Shown piece by piece: positions 37,474-49,167 of a stretch of DNA of 64,000 bases. Source of the DNA: Leucoraja ocellata (Eukaryota); contig JAWMAR010000076.1 in NCBI GenBank assembly GCA_036785375.1, forward strand, positions 5,828,001-5,892,000. The letters run 5' to 3'. Made by a program: the position numbers and the translations under genes. The notes below the pieces were generated by a model, which worked only from the letters and a program-made list of their open reading frames with translations, had not been told where the DNA came from and did not search any database. Every line of letters starts with the position of its first letter. Within the stretch, counting starts at the first letter, position 1.

Positions 37474-40400
37474 CTGTGCAGGAAATATTTAAAAATATAT
37501 ATTTGGGTCAATGTTTATCATTGTCAATTGGATACTTTCTTGCAGTCACAAAATTGAAGGATTGATTGAAGTCTGTGTTCCTTTCATCCCCTGGGCCTCC
37601 AATTTTCATCATCTAATAGTTCTTTGCCTTAAGCTCTGTAATTAAATATCAGATTTCACTTACCTAGTCACAGATTTATTTTCCATCACCACTGGTAAAT
37701 CTGCCTTCATTTCTAGCTTATGAGATTTACTACTTGTTTAAGATAATCCTTAAACCCATACCTATCACAAGATTTTTGTTCCTTGCTTCTACCAAATGTC
37801 TCTCCCTCAGGATCTGAAGAAGGGTCTCGACCCAAAACATCACCCATGCCTGTCCCACAGAGTTACTCCAGCATTTAGTGTCTCCATCAGGATCATGTCA
37901 TCTCATGTTGGAGGTCCCAGTGACCTATATATATCTTGGGCCTATTTATATTTGACCCAATATATCTTGGGCCTCTCTAACTCACAACCTAGGCCAACTT
38001 ACCTTTCTCTGCAGATTCCATGATAGTAGAAGCAAAATATAAGTCTTTGAGTATCTAAGGCCTTTATGTGCAACATAATTTTTCAGCAGCGGACCCCAAA
38101 ACATGTTGTTACTCTACCTTCAAATTCTATTTAATGTTCACATGGGCATTTAGTCAGTGACATAAAACTGGAGAATTCAACTGGAGAATTGGGTTGTAGA
38201 CTATCCAAATCGAATATAAGGTGGTGTTCCTCCAGTTTGAATGTGGCCTCACTCTGGCAATGATGGAGGCTGACGAGGTCAGTAAAACCTATTCAAGCCT
38301 TTGAAGCAATGAAATAAAGAGTTTTCCATTGAGTCTTCAAAGGTTGGATTGATGAAGGTGCAGTAACTGCCCTCAGATAAAATTAGTAAACAATCAACAG
38401 GAAGGTGTTGATGAAGGGTGTTAAGTGGAAACGTTAGCAGAAGGAAAATTAAGAGGCAGAAGTGAACAGAGTCTACTGAGCTTCTAGGAAAAGCAAAATT
38501 ATGACATCAATTGTGTCTCATATGATCTGTAGGAAAACGAGATAAAAGATCTCTTCTTGAGCACTCAAAGTACTAACCTATACAACATGAAAGATATAAG
38601 ATACCTTATGGTCTTCCGTATAAAGAAAAGACCAAAAATTGAATGCTAAAAATATAATGGAAGAGGAACATTTGCGCAGAAGACCGAAAAACATGATTAA
38701 GGAGAAAGATATTGTGGCAGTTTTCTAAAAGCTTGAAAAAGGTGCAAGATAATTGGATTAGGCAGGGGTCGAACGTATAAGTAAAATAAGTTAAACAATA
38801 ACAATTTGTTTAAAGGGTTTTAAACTCTGACAAAGACTTTGAAAGTTTTTCAGTCATTAATTAATGAAATATCAGCCAATATGTTTCAACCATACAGCTG
38901 GAGAATGCAAAATATCAGTCACGATTTGGGGAAAATCAATGGTGAAATTGACCGTATTTTAAATTTTATTTTTCGAGTAAAATGGTCGAGTGCCATTTTA
39001 AAAGTACTTCCTTATCCTTTCTAATTCTTTAATGGGATGACAAATTTTGTTTTCTGGCTTGAAACCTCTTAGTCAAAATCCAAATCCAGTTAGGATTGAT
39101 GTTTATCTCTGAGATTGAGATTAGGACCACCATGAGTGGAGGTGTGTCCAATATTAAAAACTCCATAAAATGAAAAACAATTTCAGGAACTGGAAAATGC
39201 ACTAAAAGTATTAGTCCACTCTGCTGATTAACTGATTACCTGCACTTTTTGACTATTCATACTGTTTTACCAGGGACTGGATTGTTTTTATTTTATGTGT
39301 AAAATGTTTAGGTTTTATGTGCGATGCTCCGGTATTCCCTGGGAAACGTCTTCTCATTTTGCACTGTACCTGTTGCTTTGCAAGATGACAATAAAGGTTG
39401 ATTGATTGATTGATTGTTTGATTTAATGGAACCCTGTAAACCAACTAACATTATAATTTTCAGTCTTTTCAACTTTTTAACTAAGCCCTCTTCAAACAAT
39501 CCTCATTCAACATGTTTTCGTCATTTTCACTCAGCATTTTTGTTTGTTTAAACTGCATGCTTTTAAGTAATTTTGGCTGGGTTCTTAGTATATGAATGCT
39601 TTATATTCTTTACAGCTGGCGACTTTTTAAACTGCTCTGTCAGTACTATGGCAATGAGGATTTTGAAATCTCTGTGTTTATCTAGCTCATCCTCAACAAG
39701 GTACTTGCTGGGTTGGCTCTCATCCATCAAAAACTTTATTTAAAAGATTCAGCTGTTCTTACCATCTGCTGCCTCCTGCAATGTGAATGGAAAACCCATG
39801 TAATCAAGCACATTCAGATCTCAATCTCTCAAAATTGTTTTTTCCTGAAAAACAAATTTCCCCTTGATGTTGCTTTGCAGGATATCACTGAGTTGAATAG
39901 CTCATATTATCAATCCCTGACGTGACCCCGTCATTATAATGCAAATGTCAGTGCACAAATTGGCAGCATTCCTACATATATTATAACAGCCCCTATACTT
40001 CAATTGCTAAAAAAATATTTCAGTCAGCCTGCGGTTGTGATATGCTCTATGTAAATACAACTCTTTCCTTAAAGTAGTTATAACTTAAGTGCATTGCACT
40101 CAACAATATTATGAAAATAGAAGCAGATGACTAGTGTTCTGGAGCTGAAATCTGTAACTTATTTACAAACTACTCAGTACTTTTCTGTCAATCTCTGACA
40201 CACAAATTTATAAAATCCCATAAGGAACATTTGGAAATTATTCCAAAGACATCATTAGTCATTCAGGCATAAATCCATGGTATCTCCAATCTCCAAACAA
40301 ATAATTTATGTTTCCCTTCATACTACCCATTCTGCCAAGTCTTACTGCACTGATGACATAAGATTTGGAATGAAACCAACAGGGATCTTAAAACAACTCT

Positions 40401-40719
40401 GTCCCAAAATGACTATCACCAGTGGTTTGATAGGTAAATGCAAAGCTTGATGTAACTGAATTTATAAAGGTCTTTCTCTTCTGTGGTCCCTCCGGATTGA
40501 GGGTGACTTGCGTATATCTAATCCAATGCAGTGAGTTCAGAGTTGATTGATGAGCCCCATTGTGGGACATATGATTCAGCTTGATGGTTTGAGTGCATGG
40601 GTGGTTTGGGAGGTGGTGAACTCTTTCCATTATTTTGATGCACCACCATGTGCTTCCAATGGAGATATTCAGTGCCATCTCACATAGGTAGTTGGGGCAT
40701 TATGTTAGACCTGTAAAAG

Positions 40720-41250
40720 TAATTGATAATACCTCGATTGGAGTATTGTGTACTTTTCTGGGCACTCTTATAGGAAGGGTGTCATTAAACTGGTAAAAGA
40801 TGCAAAATTAATTCATGAGGATGTTACTGAGTTTAGAGGGTTTTGAGTTATAAGGAGAGGGAGGATAATTTGGTTTTATTTTTCCTGGACCAGTGGAGGC
40901 TGAGTGATGACCTTACAGAGGTCCATGGAATTATAATGGGCACAGGTGGGTGGATATCTACAGTCCTTTTCCCAGGATAGGAGAGCTTTAAACTAAAAGG
41001 TTTACATTTAGGATGAGAGGGGGAAATTTTAAAGGTATTTAAGGAGCAACACAGAGATTGATGTGTGTATGGAACAAACTGCCCGAGAAAGTCATACAGA
41101 CAGAAACAATTAAGACATTTAAAAGACACTTAGATGGGTACTTGGATAGGAAAGACTTGGAGGGATTTGGAGGGAACCAGGCGCAGGCAAGTGGTAACTT
41201 GATTAGCATGGACGAGTTAGGCCAAAGGGCATGTTTCCATGCTATGTAGT
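40720..41250 (+). mobile_element. Decayed CR1 3' fragment
   Basis: ttggagtattgtgtac...tggaacaaactgccc...ggccaaagggcatgtttcc. Confidence 0.7.
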
Positions 41251-41269
41251 CCTACGATGCTCCTCTAGC

Positions 41270-41470
41270 ACACCAAGGAAATCAAATTTTCAAGGAGACT
41301 AAAAACATCCTTGAAACATTTCCTTTGACCTGGTAATCGTTTGCCATGACAAAGCTTGACGAAGAGTACTTTTTTTGGAGTTTAGTATTAAACATGTGAA
41401 CAAGTGACTAGCCCACTTGAGATGGCTCAATATAATTAGAGCCTCGATGCTGAGGATGTTGGCATGAGAG
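41270..41470 (-). mobile_element. RTE-clade LINE remnant
   Basis: Minus-strand frameshifted IEALII..HLKWASH motif typical of the RTE ORF C-terminus. Confidence 0.5.
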
Positions 41471-41820
41471 AATTATACACTTCATCTGGCAGCTCATTCC
41501 ATATATAATGATCCTCTGGGTGAAGATGTTTCTCCTCAGTTCCATTTTAAATCTTTATACTCTCACCTTAACCCTCTACTACCTGATTCCACTACCCTGG
41601 AAAAAAAACTGTGCAAGTTCACCCTATCCATTCACCTCATTATTTAGCAAGTGCCAGTGAATGAAGAAATCAAATTGCTATTCCAGAAACATACCTATAG
41701 GATGAACAAAGCTTGAAACGAAATATTCCAGAGTATTCAATACAAAGGAAGGACGGAAAGAGTTAAGCAGATAGACACAAAAGGCTGGAGTGACTCAGCG
41801 GGCCAGACAGCATCTCTGTA

Positions 41821-42528
41821 AACAAAAGTGCTGGAGAAACTCAGCGGGTGCAGCAGCATCTATGGAGCGATGGAAATAGGCAATGTTTTGGGCTGAAACC
41901 CTTCTTCAGACTGATGTAGGGTGGGGGAGGGGGGGACGGGGAGAAGAAAGGAGAAAGGAAGAGGAGGAGCCCGAGGGCTGAGGGAGAGCTGAGAAGGGGA
42001 GGAGACAGCAAGGGCTACCGGAAATTGGAGGTCAATGTTTATGCCACTAGGATGCAAACTGCCCAAGCGGAATATGAGGTTCTGCTATTTCAATTTCCGG
42101 TGGTGCTCACTCTGGCCATGGAGGGGGCCCAGGACAGAAAGGTTGGATTTGGAATGTGAGGGGGAGTTGAAGTGCTGAGCCACAGGGAGATCAGGTTGGT
42201 TAATGTGGACCGAGCGGAGGTGTTCGGCGAAACGATCGGCAAGCCTACGCTTGGTCTCATCGATATAGATCAGCTAACATCTAGAGCAGCGGATGCAATA
42301 GATGAGGTTGGAGGAGATTCAGGTGAACCTCTGTCACACCTGGAACAACAGCTTGGATCCGTGAATGGAGTCGAGGGGGGAGGTAAAGTGACAAGTGTAG
42401 CATCTCTTGTGGTTGCAAGGGAAAGTGCCCGAGGAGGGGGTGATGCGGGAGGGAAGGGAAGAATTGACCAGGGAGTTACGGAGGGAGCGGTTTTTGCGGA
42501 AATCAGACGGGGGGGGGGGGGGGGGGGA
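41821..42528 (-). mobile_element. Penelope-like retroelement fragment with GIY-YIG endonuclease coding region and pLTR
   Basis: Minus-strand CNHKRCYTC...LIYCIRCSRC...IYIDETKRRLADRFAEHLRSV; pLTR with hammerhead-like motif at about 41885-41912. Confidence 0.9.
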
Positions 42529-45500
42529 GATGTAGAAAAGGAATGGGTGATGTTTCGGGTCAAGACCCTTCTTCAGATTGAAACATAGAAACATATGGGC
42601 CATTCAGCCCAACGAGCTAGCACTGCCATTCCTGCTTTCCCCCCCTATTCCTTTATTCATTTAACCATATAAGACCTAAATCCAACTATCTCTTGAAAAC
42701 ATACAGTGAATTTGAAGAAGATTGGAATCTGAAGAAGGGACTCAACCCAAAATGTTACCCATTCCTTTTCTCTAGAGATGCTGTCTAACCCGCTGAGTTA
42801 CTCCAGCATTTCATGTTTATCTCTGGTTTAAACCAGCATCTGCAATTCCTTCCTACACACTATGGAAAGTAAAGAAGGTCTGATTGTGCTATTAATAAGG
42901 GATGATATCAGTACAGTTCAGCATGGCTCAGTTAGGTGCAGCTAAGAAGCAGCTGAGGGCAGTAAACATTGTTGGGAGTTGCCCAACAATCTCCTAGCAG
43001 CTGGCTTGATGTAGGCGGGCTGTTCCCGTACTGGGGATTCCTCTCAGAGGCCCGCATCAGATGGCGGGGGTGGCGGGCACATCCGCCTTACCGCATTTTC
43101 GGCAGATTTGGCAAATTTCGGGTTGGCCCTGTAGTCCTGCTGTGAAAACAGCTTCTCTGTCCAGTGGGCAGCTGCTGATCTGCCCCTCATTAGGACTTAC
43201 GAGGACAACTTGCTAAGTGGCACCTCGTGCCTATGCTAGTTTCGCTGTAAAGTTTACATTTATAATTTGTTTTATTTTAGTCTCTAGCAATCCATGATGC
43301 TTTAGAGACATGGGAGGGATATAATTAGTGGGTCAGCAGTGTATTGCTGTATTATTATTATGTGACCTCTGTTGGTCCAGCAAAATAGATTATATAGAAA
43401 GGCTCTGGAACTTAGGGTGCTGCAAAATCGGTGGTGGACCTGTTTTAACAATGTAGTGGTGAATTCCTGGTATGCAGATGAGATAGATTTCTGGATCACC
43501 GTAGTGAGGAACAATGAGGAAGCAGACTGTTTTAGATTGGCATTGCTGAATAAGAAACTTCAGTGAATCTTTGTACAGCTATGCTCAGGAGAGCTGTTGA
43601 AGTCAGGCATTGATTGCATTCACAATAGATCTTGATACATTTCCGAACATTGAAAGAATCAAGAACTAAGGGGATGAAGCTGGAAAATAGCATAATTTTG
43701 TTAACTGGCAGAGTCGTTTAAGGAGCTAAATGGCCTTCTCCTGTTTCTGTCTCTTATATTTTTCTGCTCCATTTTGTTCCTGCTATTTCCAGCTCTAATT
43801 ATATCTACTGAGCAAAAAGACAATTGAAGTTGTCCACAGGAAAGAGGTGCATATTTTTTCTTTAGAATGTTGTGAGACTATATTCCTCATAATTCCTCTT
43901 TGAAGACTTTTAAGCCAGAGCATATGAAAGGTTACTGTGGATAGATGGGAATGCAAAATTAGATTCACTCAGCCATAATCTTGTTCAATGCAGAGTAAAC
44001 TCGAGGAGCTATTGATTTATTTTGACTGTATTATCTTATCAGATTTGTTTATCATATTTGTACAACTCTCTGAATGTTATCATTATGATTATGATAGTTC
44101 AACTGTTTGTGGAAAACCATGTTTCAGGTCCAAGTGTGCATTATTGAAAAGAAATAAGACAACAGAAGGAAAATGAGAGAGGGGGAAAGAAAAACAAACT
44201 TTCATTCACATCGCATTCTTCAACCTGCAATAGCTCTTACAATGGTGACTTTGGGCAGTTCTAAGAAAGCAAAGCAGGCCATTTGCACACAGCATGCATT
44301 CACACTTAACAATGAGATAATGGTCACCACATCTGTTTTGGTATTGTTAGAGGTATAAATATTGGCACGGATAAATGGAACACATTCCGACTCTTTTTCA
44401 TTTGTATCGTGGGATCTTATGCAAAGAAAGCATATAGAACCTTGCCTTAATGTCTCATCCAAATGACAAGCTGGTATTCCAGTGGTCTCTTTATACAGCA
44501 TCTGGTTGGATTATGTCCATAAGTTTATGGAGAGGGACTAAATGAAATGAGAGTCATCTCACTGATCCTTGATTGACACGATTAAGAAGGAACACAAACT
44601 TTAACATGCAGCAAGGCTGATATCATCAGGAAATACAAAATAACAAATCATTTTCTGAATCCTTTTACTCGACTCCACATGCCATTAATCAACTCCTGGC
44701 AGTCTATTTTAAAAGTAGAGATTATTATTGGATACTTGTATTGCAAGCTCATATATTTTAAAATGAATGCAACAGATTTTCCACAATGCATTTTGATAGA
44801 TTCCCTGTTGGACTGTGAAGTTATAACATTGTTAGATAATCTATTTGATGGCTACCTTCATCAGCGGCCGCTAGAATGACAAATCTGTACAATCATGCAA
44901 CAAACTGATATGCAAGAATAGAAGAAAATAGAAGCGAGTAGGTTACATGGCAGCCTGCCCCATCATTTAGAATGATCATGGCTGATCTATGCTGACTTCA
45001 GCTCTTGAGCCATTTCTACACCCTCTACTCAACGATCAATCAAATATTTATCCTCCAGCACTTAAAATATTTTCAGTGCTCCAGCTTCCACTACTCACTA
45101 GGGAAGATAATTTGAGACATTTACAATCCTTTGTCAGTTTTAAATAATGGGCCACTGTCAAGCCTCCTTAATCTTATCATTCTATTATATATTTCATTTT
45201 TTAAACTCCTGGTAAAATATGCCTAATCAGGATCTGCTCTGTCCAATTGATCACTTTCTTCCTTCCATCAACCAGAGAGTATTTTCCACATAGTATCCAG
45301 CTGTCCCACCATTGTGGCTTAATTATCTCTTTTTAGTAAACTTTCTCAGATGCTGATCACCATTTGTGCAAAGAAACCGTACTGTTGGCTTTAACCATAA
45401 AGTGATCTAATGACCGTAATAGCCTTGGCATTAGAGTATACTTTCACGAGTATAATTTCACAATTCCACCAAAAGAACCTAGCACACTTCTACAATACAT

Positions 45501-48439
45501 AGCATGTTCTAAATGCAGAGATCAAGCAAATTAGATATATACACTGTCCCACAAATTTGAGGCACTGCCAAATTTCAGTTAAAAAAAATGGTATCAATAT
45601 TTTCCATGCATGTGTCTTTGAGAAAGATAATAATATGGAATCTATCCCCAAAAGACATTGAGGCTACAATTATACTTAATTCGTGATCAACAGATAATGT
45701 AACATTATGCACATACTTTCCTTTTTCCCTTTTGAAGTTTCCATTTCCAATTTTAGTTCATTCCAATTGGATTAAATCTAACTTTCTGTGTGTGTGAAGC
45801 AATTGAGATGGAATTTCCAAATGTGTTTGAAAAAAAAAAGATGGCACCAGCTTGTTGCTTCAGGATATAGTTGTGTTAATCAAGTGCAGCTTCAATTAAA
45901 TGTGACAGAGTGAAATAAAAGGAGGATTTCAAATTCAAACTACATTCTGTGCCAGATGCAGGCTGTGTTTATTGTGTCCTCCTTGAGTGGATAAAGGAGA
46001 TATAGGAAAGAGATGAGGATGGAGGGTGTAGGGTAAGTGAGTATGATTCCACGATTGACTCATTGAGACAGCAAGATTTCATGATGGGAAGGTGCTGTAA
46101 TCAGACTCCGTGATTCTGGATGATTAATAAGTAATTAGTATCTAGGGTACAGCTCCAACTGTGCTGTATTTCTTTGATTCACATTAAATCTATCGGGTCC
46201 AGTTCAGTTTGGGTTCAAATTTTGAATTTTTACAATATCTGCAATCAAAATGCACAAACAGATAACGAAGAAGGTTGTTTCCACAGAACATTAAAAAAGG
46301 GAATTATATTAGCAAAATAATTGTAAGGGCACATCAAAGAATGGGATAGTGCACAAACTGGGAAGTCCTATCAAATAATTAGAATGGGGATCATTAGAGC
46401 AAATGGCCTCCTGCACTGTAAATCCCACTAATTTTTCCAATTCTGTCAGCATTGGTTATACAATGCAATGGTGGGTGTGAGGGGATTATTTAAGAATAAG
46501 ATATTCCTCACAATGTTGTACTATGCTTTGTGGCCTGAAAGCTCACTGGGTCACGGAATTGAATGTTTAAGGAAGTGCAAAAATGTCTTTAAACTAAACA
46601 GTCAGAAGCCTGTCCTTGGTCACCAATATATTCTGTTCCCTTGCCACCTTTTTGATTCTATTTCTTGTCAACTATCTGAAAGTGATACAAGCTGTTTATA
46701 ATGTTGGAGGTAAGGAGCTTAGGTTCTCATATTGATGCCATTGGAAAGACTTCCACAGCACCACATACTCCACTTCTGTCTCAGGGATGTACTAGAATGG
46801 TGTTCAACTTATTGGACCAGCTACCAGATGATAGCGTGTTTCTCTCTGCCCTCTCAGATGAATATAAAATACATTATTCTTTCTGATATTAATCCATCTT
46901 CAAAGTCACTGAAGCAGATGACTTGGCCATTAGCTCATTGGATATGTGGAAGGTTGGCATGTCCACATTAACTGCAACAGTGACTATGTCTCAGGCGTGC
47001 TTCTTTGTTTTGGATCATTAGAAGATATGGAAGGCTCTATTGTCATGAGAAATGTTATTTGCCCAGAATAAAGAAAATACATATTTTATATGTTGGAAAA
47101 AATTATCTTTCTACCTAATTTATGCATGAATTTCTGTGCCATAATATTGCATTTGGACAAGAAACTGAAGCGTGAGTGTCCAGTGGGAGAGTAATCAAGT
47201 AATAGGATGACGATTGGTATTAAACACTGAAAGATGCATAACACTGTGGTCTTTGTTTTACATGTAACATGTCCAAAATTCACAGCTACTTAATAGCAGT
47301 GATTCCTGATTCTTGTTTTGATGACTACATGGGGGAGTAATTTGTCTGTGAGCTATTTCTGGTGAAATTACACATCCAAATTGCTACTTTTTATATTTCA
47401 GCATCAACCTTTGAGTGAAAGTCATAGTGTCTGCCAGATTTATTTTACTGGGGATGGAAGGAAATCATCTGCTGGGGCATGGGCCAAAGATCAATGACTA
47501 ATGGCCAGGAAATGAATGGACATCAACTAAGACATGAAGTCATATCCAGAGAACTGCTAAACTATTCAATGGGCCAACTTTATTTCCTGTTAGAACCACG
47601 TGAGGTTGTGTGGACTTGGGAATGTGGACAAGGATAAGTAAACTGAAGGACAGCAGGCACACTTAACCAGGAGAGATGAAAGTGCTTATACTACATGCTC
47701 CAGTAGGAGGCTTAGAATCTGTGATCAGACAGATTGAATAGATGAAGTTCATTCAAGCCATGCATTTGGACAGCCAAAGAAGGGGCAAGTACAAAATTCA
47801 CTCACTGAGACTACAAGGTTAAACATCAGGTAATGTGATAATCGGCAAACTATATACTGCCCTGTCTTGTACTGATTTTAATAATATACTAGACGGCCCA
47901 TGGACCCGTTAGGTCCCATCGTGACGCCACCACGACAGAGGAACACATAATGTTGAACAGTAAAGCAAGTTCAGACCATTTTAATATATCCAGGGTAAGA
48001 GGAGCATAAACAAGTACCAATATTTGGTAATTCTGCAACTAATAACCAAAGGAAATAAGAATTTCTATAGCAAATTGAAATCCATCAACTTCTCAAAATC
48101 GGCTTAATTGGAACAGAAACATTAGCATGATTAATTGAGTTTAATAACCTTCTACTGCATATGCTAAACCTTTCTATGTAATGTTAACACAAATATAAGT
48201 ACAGCATTCTTGAAATAAAAATGGTAAAAGGAAGCCTATATCAGTTCCCAAAGCCTGCATATTTACTTCTCTTTGTTGGTAGCAGTACCCACACTTACTC
48301 TCAATTTATTTCCAACATCTAGACCCAACAGTAGTACATAAATGATTGTTAAGACTACTTTGTTATATGCATCTCAGGCATGATGTGAACATGTCCACCA
48401 AAAAATTAATGAATTTTAAAATTAATGACCTATGGACCA

Positions 48440-48771
48440 GTTGGGTCCCCGTTGTTACGCCAGTCAAGTATAACACTCCCCCAACTGCACACGCATGGAT
48501 ACCGGGCCCGGCAACCCTCCCCCAACTGTGCGGGCGCATCTGACGGGCCTGGCAAGTGGGAGCGCACTGTGCAGGCATGAATGCCACCCGTTGGGTCCCC
48601 ATTGTAACGCCAGTCAAGTACAACACTCCCACAACTGCACACGCATGGATACAGGGCCCGGTTACCCTCCCCCAACTGCGCAGGCATGACTGACGGGCCT
48701 GACAAGTGGGAGCACACTGCGCAGGCACAACTACCACCCGTTGGGTCACCATTGCGACATCAGTCAAGTAC
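48440..48771. repeat. GC-rich tandem repeat, 150-bp unit, about 2.2 copies
   Basis: GTTGGGTC recurs at 48440, 48590 and 48740. Confidence 0.92.
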
Positions 48772-49025
48772 ACATGGTAGTATTAGACTTGTCCCGTTCA
48801 CCGTATAAAGTTAATTAAAGTTTATTTGGTGAATTACTTTGTTAAACAGAACAAAACTTGATACTGCACACCACAGGCAAATGTTGAATAAGGTGTCCCT
48901 AAAATTATTGTGCTATCGTGTACCATTTTGGTTGTATTTTAGGAACATACTTACATACAAGATGACACTTTAGTTATATATATTAGATGACCCGTGGACC
49001 CGTTGAGTTTATATATATATGTGCA

Positions 49026-49103
49026 TGGATGGATGGATGGATGGATGAACAGATGGATGGATGACTAGATGGATGGATGGATGAATGTAAATATGGATGG
49101 ATG
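49026..49103. repeat. (TGGA)n microsatellite
   Basis: Direct reading. Confidence 0.85.
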
Positions 49104-49167
49104 TCAGGATCTTACAAGGAACGTGTTGATTTTTTGATCTAGTGTTTGCTTCTGTACAGCACTTGGA

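Larger units (their letters stand above)
47889..49103 (-). mobile_element. Candidate non-autonomous Helitron
   Basis: Minus-strand GGACC-TAACG-GGTCC hairpin 9 nt before CTAG|T at 47889; (TCCA)n at the putative 5' end; 5' boundary uncertain. Confidence 0.5.

Noticed and set aside
48440-48771. CRISPR-like periodicity
   Set aside because: Whole units repeat with no unique spacers; vertebrate intron
48363-48773. 136-aa repetitive Cys-rich ORF
   Set aside because: By-product of the 150-bp tandem repeat, whose unit is a multiple of 3; open in several frames and strands
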